Assembly: GCF_009914755.1 (NCBI RefSeq)
Contig: NC_060930.1
Length of the DNA: 64,000 bases
Reading direction: 5' to 3' (one strand)
DNA from: the human T2T-CHM13v2.0 reference genome, Homo sapiens
In this document: positions 12,997-25,740 of the stretch, in pieces
How the letters are laid out: each line of letters begins with the position of its first letter
Numbering within the stretch: position 1 is the stretch's first letter
Notes under the pieces: generated by a model
The model's input: the letters and a program-made list of their open reading frames with translations, nothing else
What the model was told of the DNA's origin: nothing
Databases searched by the model: none
Translations under genes and position numbers: made by a program

Positions 12997-15360
12997 TGTG
13001 TTCCTTTATTTTGAGCCTATGGTTGTCATTACGAGACCCATTAAGAAATGGGTCTCTTGAAGACAGCATACCATTGGGTCTTGCTTTTTTATCCAGCTTG
13101 CCACCTGTGCCTTTGAAGTGGGACATGTAGTCCATTTACATTAAATGTTTGTATTGATATGTGTACATTTGATCCTGTCATTGTGTTGTTAGCTGGTTAT
13201 TCTGCTGGCTTGTTTGTGTGGTTGCTTTATATTGTCACTGATCCGTGTATTTAAGTGTCTTTTTGTATTAGCTGGTAGCAGTCTTTCCTTTCTATATATA
13301 ATGCTCCTTTCAAGATCTCTTGTAAGGCAGGCTGGTGGTAATTAACTTCCTCAACATTTTCTTATCTGAAAAGGATCATATTTCTCCTTCACTTAGGAAG
13401 CTTAGTTTGGCTGGATGTGAAATTCTTGATTGAAGGTTTCTTTAATAAATATTGAATATAGGCCCCTAATCTTTTCTGGATTGTAAAGTTTCAGCTGAGT
13501 GATCTGCTGTTAGCCTGATGGGGTTCCCTTTGTAGGTGACATGTCCTTTCTCTCTAGCTGCCTTTAACATACTTTCTTCCATTTTGACCTTTGAAAATCT
13601 GTTGATTATGTGTCTTGGGGATGATCTTCTTACGTAGAATCTTGCAAGAGTTCTCTGTATTTCCTGAATTTAACTGTTGGCCTCTCTCACAAGATTAGGA
13701 AAGTTTTCATGGATGATATTCTGAAATATGTTTTCCAAGTTGTTTGCTTTTTCCCCTTCGCTTTCAGGGATAAAAGTGAATAATCCCATACTTCTTGGAG
13801 GTTTTGTTCATTGCATTGTAGGAATGGACAAAAAAGTAGGTCTACTTTTATTCTTTTTGCTTTATTTTTGTCTGACTGTCTTATTTCAGAGAGCCAGTCT
13901 TTAAGTTCTGAGATTCTTTCTTCAGCTTGGTTTATTCTGCTGTTAATACTTGTGATTGGATTGTGAAATTCTTGTATTGTGTTATTCAGCCCTGTCAGAT
14001 GCGTTACGTTCTTTTTTATACTGGCTATTTCCTCCTTCAGCTCCTTTATCATTTGGTTGTGATTCTTAGTTTTCTTGGATTGGGTTTGAGTCTTGATGAT
14101 CTTTATTCCTGTCCATATTTTGAACTTTATTTCCGTCATTTCAGCCAGCTCAGCCTGGTTGACAACTCTTGTTGGAGGGCTGATGTGGTTGTTTGGAGAA
14201 CATGCGTCACTCTGGTCATTTGAGTTATTGGAGTTCTTGCTTTGGTTCTTTCACATCTCTGCATATGGCTGTTACTTTAACCTCAGTGTAGATCGAGTAG
14301 TCAGTAGTCTATTGAGAAGTCAATAGACTTCTTTTCTTGTGTTTTCACAGGGCCAAGCCTTTGTGCAGGGTCTTGATGTGAAGCTGACTTCTTGTCTTTA
14401 GTTTAAGAGGAGGGTATATTAGCAAGCTATTTCTGGTGTTGAAGCTTTGGGGTGTGATGCGGTAGGTGACATTTAGGCATATTAATCAGCTGGTAGACTC
14501 TTGCTTGGTTTTGTGGCTCCCTTATATTTCCTTACAGGTGGAGCCATGTTCCCTCTTAATGTGTGGGGTCCTCTCCCCTTTGAGTGCTGGCTGTAGATTG
14601 CAGCTTGGCACTCCTGGGCCTGCCCAGTGCAGTTCTGGATGTGCTCAGTGTTTATGTTCCTTCCCCATCTTGGAGACAGCAGAGAAAGGGACCTTAGTAG
14701 TGTTTGTGCCAAGGGTCTTTTGCTTGTCTCATGGGGGCTCCACTCCAGAGACGTGCAGGTCTGCAATCACCCAGTGCAATCAGCCCAGGATGGAGGGCCT
14801 GTGCTGTGGCCCCAGCCAGGGGTTCTCTGTCTGGTGATGAGCACTGGGGGTGGGTAGGTGGAACCCATGGGAGATGGACTGGTCTCCTCCCCTTGGCTCA
14901 ACTGCAGCTTGTTGGAGGTATGGATAAGGCATTGAGGGTCTTTGCTCCTTCATTAGTCTGAGGGTAGCAAGGGCAGTTCTGCTGCAGAGGCAGTGGCAGG
15001 GAGGCTTTCAGTTGCCCCTGGTTGCTCTGTCCAGGGAGTTGCAGAGCTGCTACTGGTTTGATATATCTGGCAGGGGGTGGCTGGAGGCCCAGGCCTGGCG
15101 GACCTGCCCAGTGAGGAGATAATATGGGAACATGCACCTACATAACAGGCTGGCCACTTTTCCATAGGGCTGCTGTGGTATCCTGGGGGCCCACTCCAGT
15201 CCCTAGTCACCTTGGATTTTCCAGTACCTGGAGGTATCAACAGTGAAGACTGTGAAACAGCAAAGATGGTAGTCTGCTCCTTCCTCTGGGAGCTCTGTGC
15301 CAGCAAGGTATGGACCTGTTGCTTGCCCAAACACACCTGTAGTTGGTGGCTGGAGACCCC

Positions 15361-15780
15361 ACATTTCTCTAATATATGTCAAGTTTACTGCATGGTGCCT
15401 AGGTCTGGGAAATGGGAAGTTGATGAGACATAACCCTGGTCCTCAAGAACTCTCTTTGTAGTGGGGGGAGCTAAGATGTCCATAAAGGACTCAATGACAA
15501 GGTGAAAGAGAGGAGTAGCCTGAGAGCTGTATTACCTAAGTTCAGAGAAGTTTGAGAAAAGATAGAGTTGATACTGGCTTTAAATGATTTGGGTAAATGG
15601 AGATGTGCAGCTTACAGAGAGTAGTAGATGTAAATGGTTAGGTGCTGGAAAGTATAACTATGTTTGGGGAATGGTGTTAGTGGTATGATTGGTATGGTTT
15701 AATGTCTATGAATAAGAATAGCAGAAGATCAAATTGTCAAAGTAAGTATTACCAAGCTTATGAGTTTGAATTTTAGTGTG
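15361..15780 (-). mobile_element. L2 remnant
   Basis: gatgagacataaccctggtcctcaagaactctctttgtagtgggg resembles antisense L2 3' region. Confidence 0.55.
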
Positions 15781-15785
15781 TGTGC

Positions 15786-15958
15786 TGGTGGTTTCTAAAC
15801 TTTTGATTGTGTCCCCTCAGTTAAAATATTACCCCTGCCCACAGATGTAGGCAATATAAAATGGGGGTTTTAAAAAGGAGAAAAATAGAAATACATATTA
15901 GTAATTTCTTTCCCCACCTCAGTAGTTCCTCTTGCACATATCCAGTTTAGAATCATTG
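15786..15958. mobile_element. Possible hAT-Charlie (MER5-like) DNA transposon remnant
   Basis: Degenerate termini ggtggtttctaaact ... cagtttagaatcattg. Confidence 0.35.
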
Positions 15959-16229
15959 TCAGCTACTGGTGTTATTGTTGGAGATGTGTTTTAGCAATAG
16001 GGATATGAAACATCTTCATGTTTTTCTCCATATGTATATGTATGTACAGAAAAATTACACATTATATATACACACATAATTTTATTTTAGAAAAACAAAG
16101 CTATTGGCAATATTCATGGAATAGTATTGGATAAAAGTTATTTTCTTGTTTTAGTGAAATATTTTAGGTTTTTGATAGAACTGGTTTCATTCATTACAGA
16201 AGTCAGTATTGTATATGAAAGTTTTTTGA

Positions 16230-16600
<371 letters not shown>

Positions 16601-16881
16601 CATGTGAAGAATATTTTAAGAAGTTTTGGATTTTCCTTTTATTTCTCTCTATAGTGCTTTGCACAGTTCTGTGTTTCATAATTATGGAAAATATTGGCAA
16701 GAATTTTAATGATTCTCTCATTTCAAGTTTTCTTTGTTTTCTAGTTGCCAGTAAATTTTATCATATAGAAATAATTTTTAGAGGAGGAAAGCATTTTAGA
16801 GTTTGTGTAGTAATTATTTGTGTGCTATCTTGCCCTCTTCCTTGGCAAGTAGACTATAAAAAACTGTAGGCTTATAGATAT

Positions 16882-17076
16882 TGTCTTAGTTTGGGCTGCT
16901 GTAACAAATTATCACAGACTGGGCAACATCAACAACAGACTTTTGTCATCATTTTGGAGGCTGGTGGGGGCCTGCTTCCTGGTTTGCAGATGGCTGTCTT
17001 CTCATTGTATCTTCAAATGGTTGAGAGCAGAGAAAGAAGCAGCAAACTCTCATGACCTTATTACCTCTCAAAGGCC
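16882..17076 (-). mobile_element. MaLR LTR (MLT1A-like), internally deleted
   Basis: tgtcttagtttgggctgctgtaacaaattatcacagactggg...cttcctggtttgcagatggctgtcttctc. Confidence 0.8.
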
Positions 17077-17164
17077 AATGGATATATTTGCTTGTTCTAT
17101 TATTCATGGTAGTACTTAGCAAAGTGTTTTCTAAGAGGCTGTCTATAAAACTTACCAAGCAGGC

Positions 17165-17305
17165 CTCTTCATTTTGCCCATGAACGTCTAGCCTCAGAAA
17201 GGTTGAGCGGCCTGCAAGAACTCACATTGCTCATTAGTGAAAGACCTGGGTCTTTTGCTATATGTCTCTCGAAACTCAAGTTCATTGCCTGTTCTACTAT
17301 AGTTT
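17165..17305 (-). mobile_element. MIR remnant
   Basis: ctcagaaaggttgagcggcctgcaagaactcaca, degenerate core. Confidence 0.45.
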
Positions 17306-17371
17306 GTTGCCTCTCCTGCTTTCTCTGATTTACCCTCAAGCAGGTGTTTCCATTGCATATTTTAAATACTT

Positions 17372-17470
17372 CAGCAGCTCCAGGGTACAGATTGTGTTAT
17401 ATTCAACTTAGTGATCTCTGATACCCAGCACAATGCCTTATGGAGTAGATGCTCAGGATCTGATGAATTA
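17372..17470 (+). mobile_element. L2 3' end remnant
   Basis: cagctccagggtacagattgtg...cccagcacaatgcct...gtagatgctca. Confidence 0.55.
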
Positions 17471-18754
17471 CCTTGTGAGAGCTGCATGTTTGCATACTCT
17501 TGATTTGTTGAGAAAACTAAAGTAACTTGGGGTTGCACCTCAGTGTACTGTTTATAAAAGCAAAGATTAAACTGTATACCTGATAATATGTGTGAAGTGC
17601 TGTACATGCAGAATATTTCTGAAATCCCAATTGCAAATGTTTATGAACTCGGAAAACTCCTGAAGAACTGTTGCAGTTGGCTGCAGTAGTTCAAGCTGTT
17701 ATTCACTGGACAGTTTTTCTCTGCAGTATGTAAGATGTGAATTTTATATTTTGCTTCAAAATTTATGATGCAGCATAAACCAGGTTTAAAGTCTAGCTAC
17801 CTTGCAAGGAGCAGCTTCCTTCTTCATGGTTGAACTCTCCAGAGTAATCCTTGGGTTGCTATTTTTGTGGTCACCTTTGTGGATTTTTTTCTCTTTCCTC
17901 ATTCATGGAAAAGATCAGACCCCCTATACTTTTTATAATAAACTCTAATTTTCCAGATCATTTATCATACTTAAGAATTATAATTACCCATTTTAAAAGC
18001 TTCAGCCTAGATTGGCTAGAAAATACTTAATATTTTTATACATTATTTATCCTTTTTTTTTTCACTGAGCTGTGTTGCTTTCATTGACACCTGAATGCAC
18101 TGAAACACAGATTTTATCCCTATGCCTACTTGTGATGAGAAAGTATCAGCAGATTCAGTTGCTAGGAAACAGCTGAATACTGAAATAGTTTTTTTTTTTG
18201 GTGGGGAGGGGTACTTGTAAATTCAGTTCTTTGACACGTCTACTCTCATACAGCAAAAATTTCTTCGGTCACTACAAAGAAAGATGCATCACCTGTTAGT
18301 TTTCCAATTTAGAAATTTTGCACAGGGGAGCTGGGCATATGTAAATGTTACAGGGTTGATAAAGTGCTGAGAGTGTAATTTTTAACAGTGACTGGACATT
18401 GTAAAGTAATGATTATGTATATGCCTTTGAGTTTCAGTTTTCTCAAAATTTTCTGATTCATCATTAATGAGAGAAAGAGCAAGAACAAGAGAGAAACATA
18501 TGCAAACACATACACATGACACATAGGAATTTAAACCAAAGTAAAATACTGTATTAATTAAACTAACTTTCTCATAGTAATAGGATTGGCCACATCCTAT
18601 ATTAAATTACCCAGCTCTGGATTTTTACCTGTGATGCTTAATAATTATGTGCCAGAGCAAGAATAAATGTTAAAAAGAAGTGTGTGGTTTAACTTTCTTT
18701 TATAACTGATTGCCATTTATTTTTGTCATAGTAGTATAACCTTTAAGTAACTTT

Positions 18755-19160
18755 TCCTGAGTAGCCACTATGTGCCAGGCAAAAACATGGGAGACATAGG
18801 TATGTTTAAGCTTTCAGGGTGCCTAGTATGTGTGAGAGGTGGCAGCCAACAGATTAAATTGAGAACATATATGAGAAATTTAATTGTGTCTGGTACACAG
18901 TATATGCTTATTAAAAAATTAGAAACCTGCCTTCATCATCAGTACCACCATCATCATCATCACCCAGCAAGCCAATTCTTCAACTAAAATCAGTTCAGAG
19001 TAAGCAGGGAGACATATAAACAGTCATCATATGTGTGGTCAATAAAAAGAGAAGTCTGTACCAGGTAAAGAGGCAGCACAGAAAATAGAGTGATGGACTT
19101 GTCTGGGGATTGCAGAGAGAGCTTCAGAGACGTCAGGTCTGAGCTGGATTTTGCAAGGCT
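18755..19160 (-). mobile_element. L2 remnant split by an inverted templated insertion
   Basis: cactatgtgccaggc...gtgcctagt before 18845; L2-like gggagacatataaacag...gtctgagctggattttgcaagg after 19000. Confidence 0.55.
18845..19000 (+). repeat. Left arm of approximately 155-bp inverted duplication (partner 20791-20942)
   Basis: Direct reverse-complement alignment, about 85-90% identity by eye. Confidence 0.95.
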
Positions 19161-20503
19161 CTCTCTTAGATGTAAGCATTCCCTTGACCTTGTCTTTTTT
19201 AGGGAGTAGGGAGTGGGGAGTAAGACCACTGCTTTTTTTTTCCTTCTTAAATTTTTTAAGTTCTCTCATTTCTTCCTTGTCCATACCCTTGCTGATAATG
19301 AGGCTTGACATCTATCTTCCTGCCTGCTCCATTCAGACAGATGAGTACCGTCCATGGTTTCTAATTCTGTACCTTCAATTTTCACTGCTTGTCTGTTTAA
19401 TTGCACATATACGTTTAGGAATTTGTCAAGGAGTACAGAATCCATCTTCTGATTTACATGCATTGAGAGTCTTGTGTCTCAGAAATGAAAATCTTAATAA
19501 GGCTTTTCCATCTTTATCCGAGTGACAGAGAGAACCCTGTGAACTTAAGTAGGCAGTATATATACTAAAATTGGAGTGGTGCAGAAAATGTTACCCAACA
19601 AGTTCTAGGAGAGTAATGTGTAAGTTCAAATAAAAAATAAAAACAAAAAATGAAAATCGTCTGAGACTAGTTGATTGGAAATAACCAAGGAATGAGAGAA
19701 TTGAGAATAACAAGCTTGGTTTCCCTTAAAATTTTAAAGGGGTACTAAGAGTAGAAGGAAATGTTTTATGAGACTCTTGCTGTTTTGTATAAAATCTTAT
19801 TTTTAATAATTTTATATTTTTCATGCCTACATTTTAAAAGAGAGACCTAACATACAGTTATGAGACTTCAGAAATATCATGGAAAGTACTTATGCTCTGG
19901 TTGCGGTTGTCCCTTGTGGCACTATGATTTTGTTCATGTATAAGATTGTATTTGTTGAGTTGCAAAACAGCCAGGTGAACAGTGTCATTGAGTTTACTAA
20001 ATTGAGGTGTGAATAAGGTAATGATCTAGAAAACAGATAACTGAACCTGGAAAAAGATATAGAAGACAGATTACTTGCTTATAAATTTGAAACAAAAGAA
20101 TGGTAAACAAGATTGGTAACCCGAATGTTATCTTCTTTAACTGTGTCATCAAAAACTCCACAGTTATAACATTGACTATTAAAGGCTAAAATAATGGAAA
20201 GGAAATGAAATAATGTTCAATCTTTGAGGAAAAAATGAATATACCTTTTTGGATTTTGGCGGGGCAACTATAATCTCAAAGAAAGAGAATAACAATTTGC
20301 ATTTATAATCTTTTCTTCTAAGTAGCTTAAAGTTTTGTAAGTATATTTTCATTAATCCTTTGGACTATATTTGAATTTTGTTCAAAATATTAAGAAGGAA
20401 ATAATCTGTACTTCTTGTAGATGGCTGAAAAAATGACATACTGAAAGTCACAGATTTTTTTTTTCACTTAAATGGCTTCATTGTTTTATGTTTCCAGTGT
20501 GGG

Positions 20504-20585
20504 TTTTTTTTTTGTGTGTGTGTGAAAGCAAGTTTATTAGGAAAGTAAAGGAATAAAGAATGGCTACTTTATAGGCTGAGCAGCC
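20504..20585 (-). mobile_element. Short polyadenylated ERV1-type LTR fragment
   Basis: gaaagcaagtttattaggaaagtaaaggaataaagaatggctactttataggc resembles an antisense ERV1 LTR R region; T run; near-TSD tccagtgt/tccactgt. Confidence 0.65.
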
Positions 20586-20790
20586 TCCACTGTTATTTTT
20601 TAGCACTTTGCCTAAGGAATTTATTTATCCTTCAAATACGTATCATTTGCATATTGCGGGTTAGGCCTGAGGCGGTACACAGTGGCACACCCACATGGGG
20701 TGAAGAGCAGGGAGAAAAAGAGAATTTGAAACTGTGTATTTTCTCCTTCAATTTCATGTGGCATTAAATCATTCTTTTGAGGTCAAGAGC

Positions 20791-20942
20791 CTCTGAACTG
20801 ATTAGTTAAAGAATTGGCTTGCTGGATGATGATGGTGGTGGTAGTGGTGGTGAAGGCAGGTTTCTAATTTTTTAATAAGCACATACTGTGTACCAGACAC
20901 AATTAGATGTATTATATGTGTTCTCAATTTAACCCTGTTGGC
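20791..20942 (-). repeat. Right arm of the inverted duplication (MIR tail plus unique flank)
   Basis: Reverse complement of 18845-19000. Confidence 0.95.
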
Positions 20943-21075
20943 AACGTTATGAGATGGTTATTTGCATGAATTTTGCAGAGAGGGAAACTTGGGAAGGTTG
21001 GGTAACTTATCCAAGGTCACAGAATTCTAAGCCAATGTACCTGTATCTGTAATTTTTATGCTCGTGATCTTTAAT
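20860..21075 (-). mobile_element. MIR SINE
   Basis: aagcacatactgtgtaccagacac...gcagagagggaaact...ggtaacttatccaaggtcacag. Confidence 0.8.
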
Positions 21076-21173
21076 GATGTTACTCTCCCCCTTTGTGGGA
21101 AGCAGGCACAAATATTCCTTTTTTTTCCCCACTTTGGATACGTGTTGGTGAGCATAAATGTGCCAATCATTGT

Positions 21174-21480
21174 GATATGGCTTCGATGAGTGGAAGAACA
21201 CCAGGGCTCTTGTCTCATGCCCAATTAGATAAGATGACATGGGTGCATGTGGAGTGGTTTTAAGGAGCGGAGAGTTTAATAGGCAAGACAGAAGGGAGAA
21301 GAAAGAAGCAAGAAGCGCCCCTTTACAGAGCCAGAGGGAGAGGGGGCTCCAAAGCTGAGAGAAGAGACCCCCAGTGTGGTGGAAACCTGCCAGGTATATG
21401 AAGAGGCTGGAGGAGACGGTGTCTGATTTGCATATGGCTCAGGTGATTGGTTTGACCAGGCATGTCATTCACATAGCCAC
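21174..21480 (-). mobile_element. ERV1 LTR (MER61-like), 5' part missing
   Basis: tgatatggcttcgatgagtggaagaacaccaggg...ggagtggttttaaggagcggagagtttaataggcaag...tgatttgcat...gattggtttgaccaggcatgtca. Confidence 0.8.
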
Positions 21481-21758
21481 CCACATAATAAATGCATAAT
21501 AAATGCCATGAGAAAGTAGATTTGTTGGGGGAGTAAATTGACAAATCAGAAGATTTTATTGTGCTTTTGTACAATAAATAGCCTTTAGCATTTAATTTCC
21601 TCCCTCCACCCCTGGCCCTGGGCAAACACTCATCTGTTTCTGTCATGATAATTTTGTTTGTTTTAGAATTCCGTGTAAATTGAATCATACACTATGTATT
21701 CTTCTGCATTTGGCTTTTGTTGATCTGCATTGTGCTTTCGACATTCATCTATGTTGTT

Positions 21759-21990
21759 GTTGTTTTTAGAGGTAGGGTCTTACTCTGTCACCCAAACTGG
21801 AATGCTGTGGTGAAATCATAGCTCATTGCAACCTTGATCTCCTGGCTCATGGGACCTTCCTGCCTCAACCTCCCAAGTAGCTAGGATTATAGGTGCATAC
21901 CAGTACACCTGGCTAATTTGTAAAATTTTTTGTAGAGACAGGGTCTCGCTGTGTTTCCCAGACTGGTCTCAAACTCCTCCCATCTCAGCC
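21759..21990 (-). mobile_element. AluJ-like, 5'-truncated
   Basis: TSD tcatctatgttgtt at 21745-21758 and 21991-22004. Confidence 0.9.
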
Positions 21991-22222
21991 TCATCTATGT
22001 TGTTTCATGTATTGGTAATTCATTCTTCTATTCTTTTATTTTTTTAATTTAAAACATTTTTTCCATTCTTTTTAATTGTTAGGTAGTATTCCATTGTATG
22101 AATATACCACAATTTGTTTATCTAGTCCCCAATTCAAATGTCCACTTGATGGACATTTAGATTGTTTCCAGTTCTTGGCTATTATGAATAAAACTGCTGT
22201 GAATATTTGGATAAATACTTTT

Positions 22223-22512
<290 letters not shown>

Positions 22513-23002
22513 TGGATAAATACTTTTAAGGAGGATTGCTGGGCTGACCAATAAATATGTTTAAAGTATGTTTAACTTTATGAGAAATTGCCAAACTATT
22601 TCCAAAGTGGATAGATATGTTCATCTCCAGTAGTGTATGTGTTCCAGTTATTCTACCACCTTGCCAAAAGTTGATATTGTCAGTTTTAAATTTTAATCAT
22701 TCTAATGGATGTATGATGATATCTCATTGTGCTTTTAATTTCCATATCTTGAATATGTGTGTGTGTTGCAAATATTTTGTCCCAGTCTGTGGTTTGCCTT
22801 TTGTTTTAACAATGTCTTTTGAAGAGCAACAAAGTTTTACAATTTGATTCAGTCTATTTTATCAGTTTCTTTCTTTTATGGTTTACTTTTATTAAGAAGT
22901 ATTCAACTGACCCAAGAGCATGAAGAATTTTTCCTGTATTATCTTTTTGAAATTTTATAGTTTTAGCTCTTGTATTTAACTCTATGACCCATGTTTTGGT
23001 TA

Positions 23003-23404
<402 letters not shown>

Positions 23405-23985
23405 AGAAAAGACTTTTCTTTTTCATTGGATTCCCCATTTTTCACCTTGTAAAGAATAATTTGATCATGGGTATGTTTCTGTACTTTTTTCTGTTCCATT
23501 GATATAAATGTCTGTCCTTGTAACAGTATCACTCTGTCTTGATTATTGTAGCTTTATAATAAGTTTTGAAATTAGGTAGAGTCAGTGTTTCAATTTTGAT
23601 CTTTTTCCAAAAATTGTTTTGGCTCTTCTAGGTCTTGTAACTATGCTAAACTTATTAATTTTAGTAGCCTCTTGGTAGATTATTTGGTATATTCTACATA
23701 GATGTCTATGTTGTCTGTGAATATAGTTTTATTTTTTTTCTTTCCAACTGTATGCCTTTTATTTATTTTTCTTGCCAATTACCCTGGCTAGGACCTCTGC
23801 TACGATGTTTAATAGAAGTGATGAGAGTGTGCATTCTTGTCTTCTTCCTGAACTTAAGGATAGATACATTTAGTCTGTCACTATTAAGTGTGATATTACC
23901 TATTGGTTTTTCATAGATGGCCTTTTATCAGGTTAAGGAAGCTTCTTTCTGTTTCTCGTTTGCTTTTTTTTTTTGGTTATCAATG

Positions 23986-24347
23986 TGATATAGCTTGGAT
24001 ATTTGTCCCTGTCCAAATCTCATGTTGAAATATAATCCCCAAAGCTGGAGATGGGGCCTGGTGGGAGGTGTTTGGATCATGCGGGCAGATCTCTCATGGT
24101 TGGTGATGTCTTCATGGTAATGAGTTCTCCTGAGATCTGGTCATTTAAAAGTGTGTGGCACCTATCCCCCCAACTCTCTCTCTCTTGCTCCTGCTCTCAC
24201 CATGTGAAGTACCTGCTCCTGCTTGACCTTCCTCCATCAGTAAAAGCTCCCTGAGGCCTCCCCAGATGCAGATGTCGCTATGCTTCTTGTATAGCCTGCA
24301 GAACTGTGATCCAATTAAACCTCTTTTCTTATAAATTACCCAGTCTT
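23986..24347 (+). mobile_element. MaLR LTR (MSTA-like), 3' end lost
   Basis: tgatatagcttggatatttgtccc...ccaaatctcatgttgaa...ccaattaaacctcttttcttataaattacccagtct. Confidence 0.9.
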
Positions 24348-24610
24348 GCCTAGGCCTAGTAGCTTACGCCTATAATCCTCGCACTTTGGGAGGCTGAGGT
24401 AGGTGGATTGCTTGAGCCCAGGAGTTTGAGACTAGTCTGGGCAACATGGTGAAACCTTGTCTCTATAAAAAGTATGATTAATGAATGTGGTGGTGCAGGC
24501 CAGTAGGCACAGCTACTTGGGAGGATCACCTGAGCCTGGAGACGTCGAGGTTGCAGTGAGCTGTGATTGCACCACTGCACTGCAGCCTGGGCCACAGAGT
24601 GAGGCCTTGA
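24348..24610 (+). mobile_element. AluJ-like, tail missing
   Basis: gcactttgggaggctgagg...ggattgcttgagcccaggagtttgagac. Confidence 0.9.
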
Positions 24611-25129
24611 CCATTTATTCATCTACTGGGTTGACAATATTGTTTAAATTTTTTAAAATCTGTGAATGTGTACTTGATTACATTGATTAAAACAATATTA
24701 AGTCAATTTTGCATTCCTGGGATAAACCTACTATGTCAAGGTATATTACCTTTTTTTATATATTACTGAATTTTTGCTTTACTGCCAATGAGGGATGTTG
24801 ATCTAGACTTTTCCTTTCATGTAAGGGCTATCTGATTTTGGTATCAGGTAATGCTGACCTTGTTAATGAGTTGGGAAGTATATTCCTTCTTAAGTATGCA
24901 ATTTATATAGCAGCATAGTATAAATAATACAATTTAATAATGTAATATATAGAGTTGTTTAAATTGCCAACATTTTTCTCTATTTTAAAGTTTTGTCTAA
25001 AATAGATCTTAACTAGGTTTGTCTTATAAGCTGGTTTAATATTTTATAATTAAAATATTTTTAATATTAAGATTTTTTGAGAACATAGGGAAAAAGCTCT
25101 GTGGTTTTAACAAATATATAAGTATGCTA

Positions 25130-25740
25130 ATTTTAAAACACTAAGCCTTTTTGTAGAAAATTTGGAGAGTACAAGACTGCATGAAGACAAAATCATTATG
25201 TAGATTTTATTGTTGAGATAATATGGAATTTAACATTTGGAACTCATTTTCTTAACATGCACAAGCATTTTCTCAATATTTTAATTTTTATTAACAGCAT
25301 GCTTATGACTGTGTAATCTATCACATGGATTTAGAATATTTGTCTATAATATAAGTATATTTGTTTTATTTATCTAATTATTGATATTAGACTTTTACCC
25401 TGTTAGCAATTTTCTACAATCACATATAATGCTGTGATGAGCACTTCCTATGTAAGCCTCTGTTTTTATTTACGATTTGTTTCTTTAGGTAGATTTATAA
25501 ATTAAATTATTGGGTCAGAGGGTCGAAATGTCTTGAAGCTCTTGATACATTTATGGAACGGCTTTTATCTATACTACTTCAGTTTGTACTTCTCCACATG
25601 ATATACGAGAAGAGCTGGTTCAACTCTTCAATTATTCAGGATTTTACAGTTAAATATCTTGGCTAACATGATGGGTAAAAGTAGTAACTTATTGCATTAA
25701 TTTTCATTTCTTTAGTTACTTGGGAAATAATTTTTTAATT
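25130..25740 (-). mobile_element. Ancient L1ME remnant
   Basis: tagaaaatttggagagtaca; ataatgctgtgatgagcac; tttctttaggtagattt...aattattgggtcagaggg. Confidence 0.55.

Noticed and set aside
18772-18987. ORF with a poly-His tract
   Set aside because: The His run comes from the (CAT/CAC)n microsatellite inside the inverted duplication.
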